NCBI GenBank assembly: GCA_030390025.1
Contig: CM059432.1
Span: forward strand, 70,186,001 to 70,250,000
Direction of reading: 5' to 3'
Length of the DNA stretch: 64,000 nt
Source of the DNA: Squalus acanthias
Lineage: Eukaryota
Positions 50,101 to 62,674 of this stretch are shown here, one piece after another. The position numbers and the translations under genes were made by a program. Each line of letters starts with the position of its first letter. Position 1 is the first letter of the stretch. Under the pieces are notes generated by a model. That model did no database searches. It was given only the letters and a program-made list of their open reading frames with translations, and was not told the origin of the DNA.

Positions 50101-52687
50101 CCAAGGCGGTCGGGAAACCCGGGAGAACGGGTTTCCCGCAGGCCCTGCCGAATTTAACGGCAGGGCCTGATTTAAATAAGAAACCTCTTTCCCATCCGCA
50201 GCCAGTCAGATTGAGAGGCTGGCTGGCACCAGGCGGGTCGGCCTGTGGCACTAGGCTGCACAGAGGAGGGAGGGAGGGATCGCGTGGGGGCCGGGGGGCC
50301 GGTCGGAGGAGCCGGGGGGGGGGGCTGAAAACGTCAAAATTGTGTGAGGCCTACCCAAGAGAAACAGCACCCCACCTGAGAGGGACAGTAACCTGTGCTT
50401 TCTAACCTATATTGGCTCCCGGTACACCTAAGCCTCCAATTTAAAATTCTCATAATCACATTTAAAATTCTTCATGGCCATGCCTCTCCTTGTCTCTGTA
50501 TATACCTCCAGATCTACAACCTTCCCCCAAGAAGAGTCTGTTCCTCCAATTCGGGCTCCTTCTGCTTTCTCACCTTCCTTTGCACCACCATTAGTGGCCA
50601 TGCCTTCAGCTCAGTCCCACACTCCAAAATCTCCTCCATAAATCCCTACAGGAGAGGCGAGGTGAGAGGTGGGGAAAAGAGGAGTGGAAAGAATGTTTGA
50701 ATAATTAAATACATTTATTGCCTATTTATATTGTTTATCATTGCTTCGAAATTTAATTCAGTTTTAAAATGAGAATAAAATGAGAGAAGATCATAGAGGA
50801 AGGTTGGAGAGGGCAGGAAGATTACAGGAGGGTAGGGACAAGAGGAGAGGAAAGGAGTGAAGAGTAGAGTAGAGTAGAGTTGAGAAGAGGAGAGGAGATG
50901 AGAAAGGAGAAGATATTTGAAGAATTGAATAAGTTTTGGAAAAAGGTGACAAATTTATCAGTATTTCTGAATTAAATTCTGTTTTTAATTGGGAATATGG
51001 ATTACCTTTTGCAATAAGACCATAACAATCAGTGAATCTGATAAAATAGAGTTCTTATAAGATGCATGAAAAGATCGCAATTGCGGGCCGGGATCAGCAC
51101 GGGTGGGTCCAGATCATCGCGATTGCGGGTTGACCGGGACCACCATGGGGTGGGGGGGGGCGGTGAGGATCGAGGGCCGGGAGCAACATAGGGTGAGGGC
51201 CGGAGGAGCAGAGTGGGATGCCTGGAGCAGGGGAGGGAAGGAATCGGAGGCCTGGCGGGGGAGGGCATCGGAGGCCTGGCCCAGGGGGCAGGGGGGAATG
51301 TAACCGGTTTCTGCTGTGGCCAATTTCCTATAGGCCCTGCTGCAATCACCAATTATTGTAAGTGGTTTCGCCCCACCCGTAGCGAGCACGCAAACCCCCT
51401 TACTACAAGTTCTGGACGATAGGGATTACTGAGGACAGATTGGAACACGGGCAGCGTTATCGGGCTCACCCGTACAGTGTTTATTAAGGTTGACAGAACC
51501 ACTCCACTCGCATACAGTACGAGCGGTGTGAACACAACAGTACAGTTTAAAACAGTACAACCCTGACTTGTCCAACAAGCCCCTGCCGTGCTGACTTACC
51601 ATGGCCTAAAAACACCCTCCCGTGAACTAAACTATCACAGGACCCTTCCAACGGTAAACGCCCTCTGGTTTGGTAGGAACATACAGGCACCCCCTCACAC
51701 AGCTAAGTGATCTTGTGGGTGTGTAGGCTTGGCAATGCTCACCTAGATTGCCCTTGATCTTGCTTGCAGCTTCCTCCCGTACGTCTCGGCTACCTGGTTC
51801 CGTACCAGCCTTGTGGCATGCGAGTCCCAGTCTGAGTCGAAGTCCATCTCGGTTGGAAGAGCAAGGCTCAGCTCCTCTTGACGTTCCGTTGTGGGGAGAG
51901 CAGGAGAGGGAGAGAGAGCTATCCAAAGCGGCTCTCTGATATACCCCCCTATCTGTGGTTTTAATGGACACATGGCCTCAGGGAAATGGTTTCCAGGCCT
52001 CCTCCCAGGTTTGGATGGTTTAGATCTCGTTTCGATCTCCCAGCCGATTTAACTTAACGAGCTCATCTTCAGAAACAATGAGTCGCCAGCCTCATTATTC
52101 ATGACTTGGGAGTGGGCCTCTCGGGCCATTGTTCCCAAGGACAGTCCGTTACCATACGAATGCAACCTGGTTACGTCAGCCACCTTCAGCTTGAGTGTTT
52201 TTCCACAGCTTCCCCCCCAAAAGGCCTGTCCAGTTTTTAATAAGGGTATATGTTCATAATCTAAAAATCCATGGAGTCTGCGCCGACTGCTACAGGAATC
52301 AGAAGCCTCATGGGAGCTCTCCAATTGTGGGCTGTGGGTTAGGTAGGGACCCTGGATTCAGGAGGTAAGTGTAAAAGCACTTACCTTGTGGATGCAGCAG
52401 TCCTCGTCTTGCTGTAGCTGGCAGGTTTAACGAGGTGTGCAAAACCCGACCAGCTACAGTTAAACACAAAATGGAGGTTAAAGCAGACGCTTCCAGCCTC
52501 ATTATAATATTTAAATAGACAGCCTGCATCTTGACAGTGGGTTGGCTGACCGCCGCCCTCCCCCTCCCCCCAGTCCCGCCCCCGTTAAAACCAGAAGTGG
52601 GCGGGTTCAGGTCGGGATTCACATTTTTAACATTTTAACTGTCCCCTTGCTCCCAACCCACCTGTTTTTTTAGGTTAAAATTCCCCC
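50101..52687. mobile_element. Composite GC-rich Harbinger-type MITE remnant(s) containing an L2 fragment (~50395-50650), a purine-rich simple repeat (~50780-50910) and a solo LTR
   Basis: Right end GGTTAAAATTCCCCC resembles the Harbinger-type TIRs here; CCCGCCCCC/GGCGGG subterminal motifs; L2 peptide LSNLYWLPV...FKILIITFKILHG. Confidence 0.55.
51299..52294 (-). mobile_element. Solo LTR (996 bp) of an LTR retrotransposon or ERV
   Basis: TGTA...TACA termini, 4-bp TSD GGAA (51295-51298 and 52295-52298); minus-strand TATA-like TATATCAG (~51936-51943) and AATAAA (~51480-51486) in the expected order; no ORF. Confidence 0.75.
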
Positions 52688-54112
52688 CAAAGTATTCATT
52701 AAGAACCATACCCACGTCTTCCGCCTCAACAAGCAGGTTACCCTTTTGGTCTCAACAGGCCCTACTCTTTCTTTAGTTATCCTCTTGCTCTTTATGTATT
52801 TATAAAACATCTAAAACATCTTTGGGTTTTCCTTGATTTTACCTGCCAATGTTTGTTCATGCTCTCTCTTTGCTTTCCTAACTTCCTTTTTAATTTCACC
52901 CCACACTTTCTATACTCCTCTAGGCTTTCTGCAGTATTTAGCTCTCAGTATCTGACATAAGCTTCCCTTTTTCGCCATATCCTACCCTGTATGCCCCTTG
53001 ACAACCAGGGGGCGCTAGATTTGGGAGTCCCACCCTTTTTGTCTGTGGTAACATATTTTCTCTGAACCCTCACTATCTCCTCCTTGAATGCTGCCACTGC
53101 TCTGACACTGATTTACCTTCAAGTAGCTGTTTCCAGTTTTTTTGCTAAAACACATCTCAGCTTAGTAAAATTGGCTTTTCCCTAATTGAGGACTTTTACT
53201 CCTGATCTATCTTGGTCCTTTTTCATAATGGAATACTCTTCATGTGCTTGGATGGGCGAAGCCGCAACAATCCTGAAGATGCTCAACAGTATTCAGGACA
53301 GACTAGTTCACTTGATTGGCACCCCTGTCACTAGGCTCAATATTCACCCTTACCATCACCAGTGCACTATGGCTGCAGCATGTACGATCTACAAGATGAA
53401 CTGCAGTAACTCAACAAGATTACTTTAATAGCATCTCTCTCCCCTGTGACTTCTACCACCAAAAAGGACAAGAGCAGCAATGTTGAGGGAACACCATCAT
53501 ACAGTGTCCTACCTTGAACATATATTGACGTCCCTTCATCGTCACTGGGTCAATATCCTGGAATTCCCTACCTAACACCATCATGAGAACACTGTCACCA
53601 TAGAGACTGCAATGATTCAAGGAGAAGGCCCACCATCACTTTCTCAGAGCAATTAGGGATGGACAATAAATGTGCCACATCTCGAGGACAAATAAGGAAA
53701 AAAAAGAACTGCTCCTTTTCAACATGTTAAATGTTACTTTCTTCAGAGCTGAATAAGGGAACCTGTGATAACTATTGCTTAAGAAATGTTGTTCTGCTGA
53801 TTCATGTATGTTATTTTTTTAAGTATAAAATTGTGGAAAGATAAATTTTTTAATTGTCCAGGTCGGAGAGGACTCAAATTTTTTACACAAAAAGAGAGTC
53901 GCAAATGTGTTCTGCATAGTTTTTGCTGTATGTGATGAAGTTATTTGTCCTTTAAGATATCCGAAGGGAATAAAATATATTTCCAAGAATGGTCAATGTA
54001 GCTATGGCTAGGAAACAATTAAACGCACTGATACTCTCAGCCACATGTTTGACGCTGGTAACAATGTAATTGACTGTAACAACCCCAACTGTATGATAAA
54101 TAGAACTGAGAC

Positions 54113-54632
54113 ACTAGGCAGTCCCTCGGAACCGAAGATGACTTGCTTCCACATTAAAAATGAGTTCTCAGGTGACTGATGAGTCCAATGCAGGACCTAC
54201 AGTCTCTGTCACAGATGGGGCAGACGGTGGTTGAAGGGGCGGGTGGGTGGGGTGCTTGGGTTGACGTGCGCTCCTTCCGCTCTTTGCGCTTGGCTTCCGC
54301 TTGCTCCCGACAAAGAGACTCGAGGTATTCGGCGCCTTCCCGGATGCTTCTCCTCCACTTTGTGCGGTCTTGGGCCAGGGATTCCCAGGTGTCGGTGGGG
54401 ATGTTGCACTTTTTCAAGGAGGCTTTGAGGGTGTCCTTGAAGCGTTTCCTCTGCCCACTTGGGGCTCTCTTGCCGTGTCAGAGCTCCGAGTAGAGCGCTT
54501 GTTTTGGGAGTCTCGTATCGGGCATGCGGACAATGTGACCCGTCCATCGGAGCTGATCGAGCGTGGTCAAAACTTCGATGCTTGGGATGTTGGCCTGAGC
54601 GAGAACACTGACGTTGGTGCGCCTATCCTGCC
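54113..54632 (-). mobile_element. RTE-clade (BovB-like) LINE 3' end
   Basis: Peptide GHIVRMPDTRLPKQALYSEL...GQRKRFKDTLKASLKKCNIPTDTWESLAQDRTKWRRSI...CPICDRDCRSCIGLISHLRTH, the RTE C-terminus with a zinc-finger-like motif. Confidence 0.88.
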
Positions 54633-54698
54633 AGTGCCTGCTGTACATGGTCCATGTCTCTGAGGCACCCTACTAAAGGAATGTATGCTTTCATAGTA

Positions 54699-55062
54699 CA
54701 GGAAACTCTCTTTTAACCGGCACCCAAATAACCGGAAATCTCTCTTAACCGGCAAAATTCTTGAGTAGGTAACCGGGGTTTTCCTTCATCTCTCCTTTAA
54801 AAATAACTTTAAAAAAAACCCTGAGGCGTTTGCCTTGTATCGGAGCATGTAGATTGGGAGGGGAATGTGCAGCCTGGGTAGGCAGCGGACACGACAGATG
54901 GTCAGCTGGCGGTCCCCGGGGAGACGGAGCTCCGAATGCAGGCGCATGTCAGTGTGTACGGGGCTCTCATACGTTGGGAGATATAACTCTCCGTTATCCG
55001 GACTTTTTGATTAACCGGCACCACGCCGGTCCCGTCGGTGCCGGTTAATAAAGAGTTTCCTG
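54699..55062. mobile_element. Tc1/mariner-superfamily (pogo/Tigger-like) MITE, 364 bp
   Basis: 26-bp near-perfect TIRs CAGGAAACTCTCTTTTAACCGGCACC / GGTGCCGGTTAATAAAGAGTTTCCTG, TA on both flanks, internal TAACCGG repeats. Confidence 0.88.
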
Positions 55063-55330
55063 TATTATATAATGTATAAAAGCTATGAACGGAGAAGAGA
55101 AACAGCCACTTTGAGAGCTATCATCATCAGGGAAATGTTAAGAGTGAGATTAATGATGAAAAATCAGAGTAAGATAGGCCAAAAACCCATGTAAACACAT
55201 GGATCTGTGTTTAATTTTCAGAGGAGAAATATCAAAATAGATCACTTTTTAAACCAGTGAATCTGGCTGCAAATCAGTGAAGTTAGCATCATGAAAGGTT
55301 CAAAGTTCAATTTTAGCTCAGGTTGAAGGT

Positions 55331-55955
55331 TGTGCCTCAGTTCATCTGCTGCTGAAACCCTCATCCATGTCTTTTTTACCTCTAGTCTCGACTATTCCAA
55401 TGCTCTGCTGGCTAGCCTCCCACCTTGGACCCTCAGTAAACTTGAGCTCATCCAAAACTCTGCTACCTGTCTCCTAACTCACACCAAATCCCGTTTACCC
55501 ATCACCCTAGTACTTGCTGACCTACATTGGCTCCCGGTCTGGTAAAGCCTCGATTTTAAAATTCTTATCCTTGTTTTCAAATCCCTCTATGGCCTCACCC
55601 CTACCTATCTCTAACCTCCTCCAGCACAACAACCCTCCTCCAACTCTGTGCTCCTTCAACTTTGGTCTCTTATGCATCTCTGATTTTAATCACTCCACCA
55701 TTGGCAGTCGTGCCTTCAGCTGCCTGGACCCTAAGCTCTGGCATTCCCTCCCTAAACCTCTCCGCCTCTACCTCTCTCTCTCCTTCTTTAGGCACTCCTT
55801 AAAGCCTACCTCTTTGACCAAGCTTTTGGTCACTTGTCCTAATATCTCCCTCTGTGGCTCGGTGTCAAATTTTGTTTTATGACACTCCTGTGAAGCGTCT
55901 TGGGATGTTTACTATGTTAAAAGTGCTATATAAATACAAGTTGTTGTTTTTGTTG
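55331..55955 (+). mobile_element. L2 LINE 3' fragment
   Basis: Peptide CLSSSAAETLIHVFFTSSLDYSNALLASLP...LHWLPV; tail GCTATATAAATACAAGTTGTTGTT. Confidence 0.9.
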
Positions 55956-56779
55956 TAATATGGGCCAACATATTAGGAGTTATTTAATTGTTACACTATG
56001 CAAAATATATAATGTATCTAGTTAGCTCTAGTCTGGGAATAAGCAAATGTGTAATTTCACATGTAAATGTTTGAGGTATGTGTTGGTCACAATGCTATTG
56101 TTAAAATATTGAGCAAATTGTTAAAGGTAATGTCTAATGAAGCAGTGATTGGGTTATCTCACTTTGTAACTCAAGTCTCAGGCCACACAAAGTTCACCCT
56201 GCTTTCACTAGTTTGACAATAATCATGTGTGTACAGAAAAATGGGCAGCTGCATCATCATAACTTCTAGAATTTATTTTTCCCTTCATTGCTCATATTCC
56301 GCACAGTACAAACATATCTCCCTAATTTTAAAATAAGAACATTAAAGAATCTGTGAACATGTTGGTTCAATATTTGTTCTATGAGTGAAGTCAATTTAAT
56401 AATGTCATTCGTTTAATTTTTGAGTAAACTAGTTGATCACTGGGGAGTTAAGACTAAGTGTGGTCTTCAGGTAAAGCAGGGCTAATGGTGGGGATAATTT
56501 GAATAAGATTTAGATAGATATATAAAATAAAATATATACATATTCAGTCCCCATTTTGAAGTCATACATTCTGTGCTTATATATAATAGCAAAAGTTGCC
56601 AGAATTTGGGAAGCAGAGAATTAGTCAGTTGGAGCATAGGAGTTTCTCTCCAATACAGGCTGTGGAGCTCAGACACAAAACTGAGGCTCCACCTCTGGTG
56701 AGAAAGTGTAATTGCAGCGAGACGCATTTACATAGGCAGTTTCAATTTTAAATTTTCTAATGCTTTGCCATTACATAGT

Positions 56780-57176
56780 GGGTAGGAGTTTCTGCTAAGT
56801 TGCGCCTGTTTTTTTCAGTGCAGTTTGCCCGAAATCGGTCAAACCAGCGCAAAAGATTGAGGAATTTCAAGCGTGAATTGCATCCAGTGCAAATCGAGGT
56901 TCCGCGATCTTTTGTGCTGTTTTAAAAAGCATTGCGCTAGAAACCGGCCCCGCCCAGGAAACTGGCCACGCCCCCAGATCGAATTAATCACCATTGCAAG
57001 CTTTTAAATGACATTCTAAAACTCTGCCTGATTGCGCTGGTTCATGGAAGATTTTACGTTCGACGATATGCAAATGAGTTTGAGCAGAAACTTAAGCAAA
57101 AAAAGCACTTCTTAAAACTAGCGAGTGCAATTTGCGCCCGCTTCACCAATTGCACTCAAAGTGGAAATTCTTGGCC
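56780..57176. mobile_element. Harbinger-type MITE (same family as 45372-46049)
   Basis: Ends GGGTAGGAGTTTC / GAAATTCTTGGCC, TSD AGT (56777-56779 and 57177-57179), shared internal motifs. Confidence 0.7.
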
Positions 57177-57264
57177 AGTGTCAGATATTTTTAAATGAAT
57201 TATAATGTTGACCCCAAAATACTATGGAGCCAATTGCTCTGAATTTGCTCTGCAAAAGACACAG

Positions 57265-57928
57265 GGGGAAATGTTCATTATCGCCCTGTTTGGGGACGGT
57301 AACCTTTGAAAGCTGGGAAACTTAGCGCCAAGCACTAATGATTCCCAGCTTTCACAAAATTGGGTTTAGCGCTCCAGGACGGAAGTGGAGCGCTAAAGGA
57401 CGCAGGCGGGGCGTTGGTTGTGCAGCGCTGCACAATGTCCCGTGCAGCGCTGCCGCGTTCCGGGGCTCCTTCCCTCCCTTAAAGGGAAGGGCCATCGCTG
57501 CAGGCTCTGCATTGGGACCAGTCAGCTGGTCCCCGACGGCAGCCGCCAATCGGCTCGATCAGCCCCATGCACTCCAGCAGAGTGCAGGACTGATCGATCA
57601 CGGCCCAGGAGAAGGAAACCTGCCCTTTAACTTTCGCCGCTGAAGCGCCCGGCCTCCCCGAACAACGCCTCCTGCAGCTGCCGGTGTTGTCGCCCGGCGA
57701 TGCTGCAGGGGGCGAAACCGAAGTTCGGGTCCGCGGTGCAACTGGGGCGATGCGCACGGTCTCCGGGCGAAGGAGATTGGTGCACGACGCCATACCGCCG
57801 CTGCAAACCTCCCACTGAATTTAGCGGGAGGCGATATTCTCGCTGCGCCCGGGCGGTAAGTGGTTAGCGCCCCGTTATCACCCCCCAGAGGCGATAATGG
57901 GAGGCGCAAAGGCACCCAATTTCTCCCC
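57265..57928. mobile_element. CpG-rich Harbinger-type non-autonomous element
   Basis: Ends GGGGAAATG / CAATTTCTCCCC, TSD CAG (57262-57264 and 57929-57931); repeated TTATCGCCC/GGCGATAA and AGCGCC/GGCG motifs. Confidence 0.68.
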
Positions 57929-58199
57929 CAGGATTTCCACCGCTGACCCCGCTGTAAACCACGGAGTCAACTAATTGAAATATCAATTGCCGTTGCTTGA
58001 GCACAGCTCCTTTTTAGCACTGTGCTAGGGTGAGTTGGAAATTTGAGGAGCAATCTTTAAACTGCAGCATTTACTGACGACAGCAGCAGCAGCAAATTAA
58101 TGGAACACCAGGTAAGTTCTGAAACTTCTACTGGAATGCAGTGAATGTCAGCTTCTGTTCATAGATGCCTCACCAAAGATTTTCTGCAATTTTATAAGC

Positions 58200-58680
58200 A
58201 TGCCTTCCAAAAAAAGCTCAGGTTTCTCCAGTCTTTCCTCGTAACTCAGACCCCCAATCAGCCTCATATCTCTTCTCTGCACTGCGTCCAAAACTTGACT
58301 ATCCCTCTTGTTTGTTGGCAACCAGATCTAGACACAGTACTCAAGGTGTGGTCTGACCAGAGTACTGTTATGTTTGATTGCAAATTGGCTGCCATGTTTC
58401 CCTATATTACAGCAGTACTTCATTGGTTGTGAAGTGCTTTGGAACACTCTGAGGCACATGAAAGGTACTTAATAAAGGCAACTTCATTTGTTCTTGTTCA
58501 TCAGCTCCTCTGACTCATTTTTTACTGTTCTGGCTATGTAGTTCAGCATCCTATTTGCTTTGTTGGTTGATGCTAAGCATTGGTTGGACATGTTTAGTAT
58601 TAAATCTACAAGAATGCTAGGTGTCTTTCAGCTTCATCCTTAACTATTTCAAAACCATTCATGGAGTATGTGTGTCCAGT
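58200..58680 (-). mobile_element. Old CR1 fragment with a DeuSINE 3' fragment (~58378-58495, +) inserted
   Basis: CACAGTACTCAAGGTGTGGTCTGACCAGAG is the reverse complement of LVRPHLEYC; SINE tail AAATTGGCTGCCATGTTTCCCTATATTACA. Confidence 0.65.
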
Positions 58681-58689
58681 CGTATCCAT

Positions 58690-59400
58690 CCAGCAGAATC
58701 TACAACCCCACCATTCCTTCCTGCACCTCTCTCAGGTGCAGGTCATAAGCAGGCTCCACTTCCAAAGGGTAGCCATCAATGAATTGTGCCACATGCGGTA
58801 ACCTGACCTGTAGACCACCTCCCTGTAGCCCATGGCACTGCTAGTGGCTGTCCAAGTAACTACCACACTGAATATCTTTGCCACCTAATTTGTGACCACC
58901 AATCCCACATCATGCACACCAATGCTCATTTCATGATGGCTACCATAATTCCTTTAGTTCAAGACAGATCATTGTGCCAGCACTCTTTCAAGACAAAAGG
59001 CAAATGTCTGACTGGATCCTGGGTGATACAAGGTACTCTCTGCAGCTTTGGCTGATGATACCTGTGCACTTCTCCAGATCAGAAGCAGAGCATGAATACA
59101 ACTAAGACCAGGCTGCCATCTGGGTTATAATAGAGATCACGACTGGAATGTTAAAGGCACACAAAAGTTGCCTGAATTGTTCTGGTGGGCTAAGGCAGTA
59201 CAGCCTGGCACAAGTTCCAAGGATAGTGGTGATGTGGTACATGGTACACAACTTCACATCGGAAAGAGGGCTGGTCATGGAAGCCACAGTGGAGGAAGGC
59301 AACCAAAGGCATCAGGAGGATGAAGGTGACCATCAGCAGCTGGAAGAGGCTGCCCAGGAGAACCCAGAAATATTCGGTATCAGTTGATTCAGGATACCTT
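58690..59400 (+). pseudogene. Degenerate Harbinger transposase
   Basis: TGGATCCTGGGTGATACAAGGTACTCTCTG (WILGD.RY.L), IEITTGMLK..CLNCSGGLRQYS..QVPRIVVM.YMVHN, then an acidic tail. Confidence 0.75.
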
Positions 59401-61164
59401 CTCCTGAAAACTACAGTCCTGTCAACACTGTCTTCCAGAAATTCCATCATGCCAAGAATTGCCTTTGTGTGCAGTAAGTTACACTGCTCCCATTACTCAC
59501 ATATAATTCCAGCCACTTCCAAGCCATAGCAAAAATTTTGCAACCAAACACAAGGGGGTTAAATTTTATGGCCTTTTTAACATCATAATGCCATATTCAG
59601 GGCAGAAGTTGGTGGTGTCGGGTCCTTGCCCCTTTTTCTGCCCCTCTTAAATTCTTGCCCATTTGGGGGCAGTCACATACTAGATCCACCCACTAATGTG
59701 TGGGTGCATGAAAATGTATAAATGAGGTCATATGATGTCATTTCCACATTTGTGCCCTTAGTTACGCTAGTTGCGGGGGTCATCCAGTGTTGCTATGGCA
59801 GTCGAGCCATTAAATATTAAAAGGCTGGGGTTTACCATGCTTCCAGTGTCTTCAGGCCAGTGCTGTTTCACTGTGGCCAAGCCGCCTGGTGAGGTTCGAG
59901 AGGTAGGTGCCCCAGTTGCATTGTTAACCACATGTTCAATGCATGCAAATGCCCCTAAGCCAGGAAACTACGATGGGTCAGGGGAATAATTAATGGGTGG
60001 ATGGACGTTCTGCCCCATCCCAGATCCATCCCCAAAATGTGTAATGTTCTACTGTGCCTAATCCAGTGATTTTCTTAAATTCAATCTGAGAGAACAGAGC
60101 ATGTGAGATTACTGGCTGCTGACTGTCTGTCTATATGACCCTCTTGGGATTGTGGTCCATCATCTCCTAGCACCTATGACCCAAGAAGCACTGGCTGCTG
60201 GCTGTATTCCCAGTGTTGATGATTGGGCAGCCTGACATTGGCACCTTACTGCCTCATGTGCAGACATCTGAGGGGCCTGGCTGTCCACAGTGCCTACACA
60301 TGGGCATGATGCTCTACAACGTGTCAGCCATGGCTCATTGGTAGCACTCTCACTTCTGAGTCAGCAGGTTGTGGGTTCAAGCCCTACTTCAGGTACCTGA
60401 GCACTAGGCTGAGATTTCAGTGCTGCACTGTCAAAAGTGCTATCTTTCAGATGAGACATTAAACCAAGATCTGCGCTCATGATCCCATGGCACTATTCAA
60501 AAAAGACTGAAGAGTTCTCCAGAAGTCCTGGCCAAAATTTATCTCTTAACCAACACCACCAAAAGAGATTATCTGGTCATCTCTCTCATTGCTATTTGTG
60601 GGGCCTAACTGTACATAAATTGGCTGCCATGTTTTCTTACATAACAACAGAGACTACGGGGGCGATTTTCTGACGTCGGAGGAGGCGGGTTTGGAGGCGG
60701 GAAAATTAGATTCAAAGAGGTTGGGTTCGGTACCCGCCTCCGTGGGATTTTGCCGGTGCCGGTTTTGGAGGTCGGGAAACGCTCCTGCCTCCAGCTGGCC
60801 ATTGCGCTAATTAACTTCCTTAAATACTTGTTAAGGGCCTCTCTAAGCCTATTTTGAGAGGCCTTCGTGAATTTCCCAGCATTTCGGCGTGCTCCACGCA
60901 ACTCCTGAACCACGCCAGGTAAACCTGGTGGGTTGACTCGTAGGTGGCCTCCTCACTGCTGCAGGTCTAACAAGACATCGTTTACTGCAGCAAGGATTAC
61001 TTGCAGGTGCCAGACCTTGGCTTTAAAAGGTCTCTGAGCACTTTTAGAAGGCCTTCCGAAGTCAGAGGTGCTGCAGCTTGACTCCATCAACTGTGGGACC
61101 TCCTTGGAAGACCCTCTCTCCACTTGCAGTGAGCGCTTCCTCAAAGGAGGCATCTACAAGCAGC

Positions 61165-62427
61165 ATGGGAACCATTCATTTTCTTGCAACATGGACCTCA
61201 GATGAGGATGAGGACCATCCAGGGCAGCAGCAGAACCAGGCAGCTCAGCAGCAACAGCAGCAGGAGCCCCAACCTGCTGCTCAGCCACCTGATGCTGCAC
61301 AGGGCAGAAGGCACCAGCGCATCGAGGCACCTCCCCACAGGAGATACCCCCCACAGAGGGTTTACAGACAAAGGATGAGCTACCTCAACATGAGTGAGCA
61401 GCAGTGCCAAAGGAGGTTGAGACTTTCGCGAGAGGTTGTCCAAGAGATCTGCGGCCTGCTGCAGCAAGACCTGGTGCCCAGAGGAACGGGTGGACACCCC
61501 TTACCAGTGGCTGTCAAAGTCACCACCGCACTCAACTTCTTTGCCTCAGGCTCCTTCCAGAGATCATCAGCAGACATCAGCGGCATCTCCCAGTCAGCCG
61601 CCCACAGTTGCATTTGCCAGGTTACCGATGCCCTTTTTGCTAAGGCCCACAATTACATCCAGTTCACAAGGGATCAAGCAAGTATAACCGCCCGTTCGGT
61701 TGGATTCGCAAATATGGCCGGCATGCCAATGGTGCAGGGCGTCATAGACTGCACACATGTGGCCCTTAGGGCGCCCCATCACAACCCAGCTATCTTTGTC
61801 AACCAAAAGGGCTTCCACTCCCTCAACGTACAGCTAGTGTGTAACCACAAGAAGTAGTTCTTGCATGTTTGCGCCAAGTTCTGTGGAAGTTGCCATGACT
61901 CTTTCATCCTGCGGCACTCTAACGTTCCTCCGCTTTTCAATCCACCAAACCAACTTAATGGATGGCTCCTTGGTGACAAAGGCTATCCCCTGAAGAAGTG
62001 GCTAATGACGCCAATCAGGAGGCCAGCTAACGAGGCTCAAGAGCGCTACAACGCCAGCCACACTTCGACCAGGTCCATCATAGAGCAGACCATTGGGTTG
62101 CTAAAGATGCGCTTCCGTTGCCTTGACCGATCAGGTGGAGCCCTGCAGTATACACCATACAGGGTCTCCAGAATGGTCGTGGTCTGCTGTACACTGCACA
62201 ACATCGCACAGCGTCATGGCTCGCAGCTTCCTGATGAGCAAGCAGCTCAGTTCCAGCCCTCCTCAGATGAAGATGAGGAGGAGGAGGAGGCTGAGGAGGA
62301 GGAGGAGGATCTGGAGGAGCAGGAGGAGGTCAGAGCGCTGGTGTATCGACCAGCGGCAGTGGCAGCACGCGAGCACATGGCTGCCCGGGATGCAAGGGAT
62401 GAACTTATCATGGCCAGATTTGCATAG
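61165..62427 (+). pseudogene. Harbinger DDE transposase (HARBI1-like), ~420 codons with one in-frame stop (TAG 61855-61857)
   Basis: ORFs 61078-61857 and 61861-62427 are in the same frame; ATG at 61165 in an AGCATGG context; catalytic motifs [18 protein letters not shown] and [13 protein letters not shown]; helix-turn-helix [11 protein letters not shown]...ISQSAA. Confidence 0.92.
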
Positions 62428-62674
62428 GTTGCCCAAGTTGGCACATGTCCTTGGCTCCATCCTAGGACTTCATTGACAATGGACATGACTCTCTGGCCTC
62501 CTTTCACTCAGGCCACCAACCAGACAACGCAAGTGTGGTGGAGCCCGCAATGTGGAGCTTCCTAAGGCGAAAGAACAGATGGTATAACGCCAACATTTTG
62601 GCTTCAAATCATTTTAATGCTTTCCAACAGGGATGGCATTTCATCAATACACAGAAACAGTCTCCCAATCTGCA

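Larger units (their letters stand above)
48436..53226 (-). mobile_element. CR1 LINE (RT region, several stops) split by a composite insertion: parts 48436-50100 and ~52688-53226
   Basis: Closely similar to 20491-22170 (QHGFVKGRSCLTNL, FADD). Upstream ORF2-like sequence resumes at CAAAGTATTCATTAAGAACC (~52688). Confidence 0.88.
48175..53700 (+). mobile_element. Family 'A' LINE 3' part split by a CR1 insertion: parts ~48175-48432 and ~53227-53700
   Basis: Left part ends ...ATCTACAAGGCTGAAGTCAGG (IYKAEVR) and right part resumes ATGGAATACTCT (MEYS), running to the tail GGACAATAAATG. Confidence 0.78.

Noticed and set aside
54176..54200. CTGATGAGTCC...GGAC, resembling a hammerhead core plus stem II
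   Set aside because: No following GAAA (CTAC instead), and it is the antisense of RTE coding sequence (IGLISHL), so coincidental.
61165..62427. Domesticated host gene HARBI1
   Set aside because: It lies within TIRs and a TSD, interrupts a SINE and has a premature stop, so it is a transposon copy.
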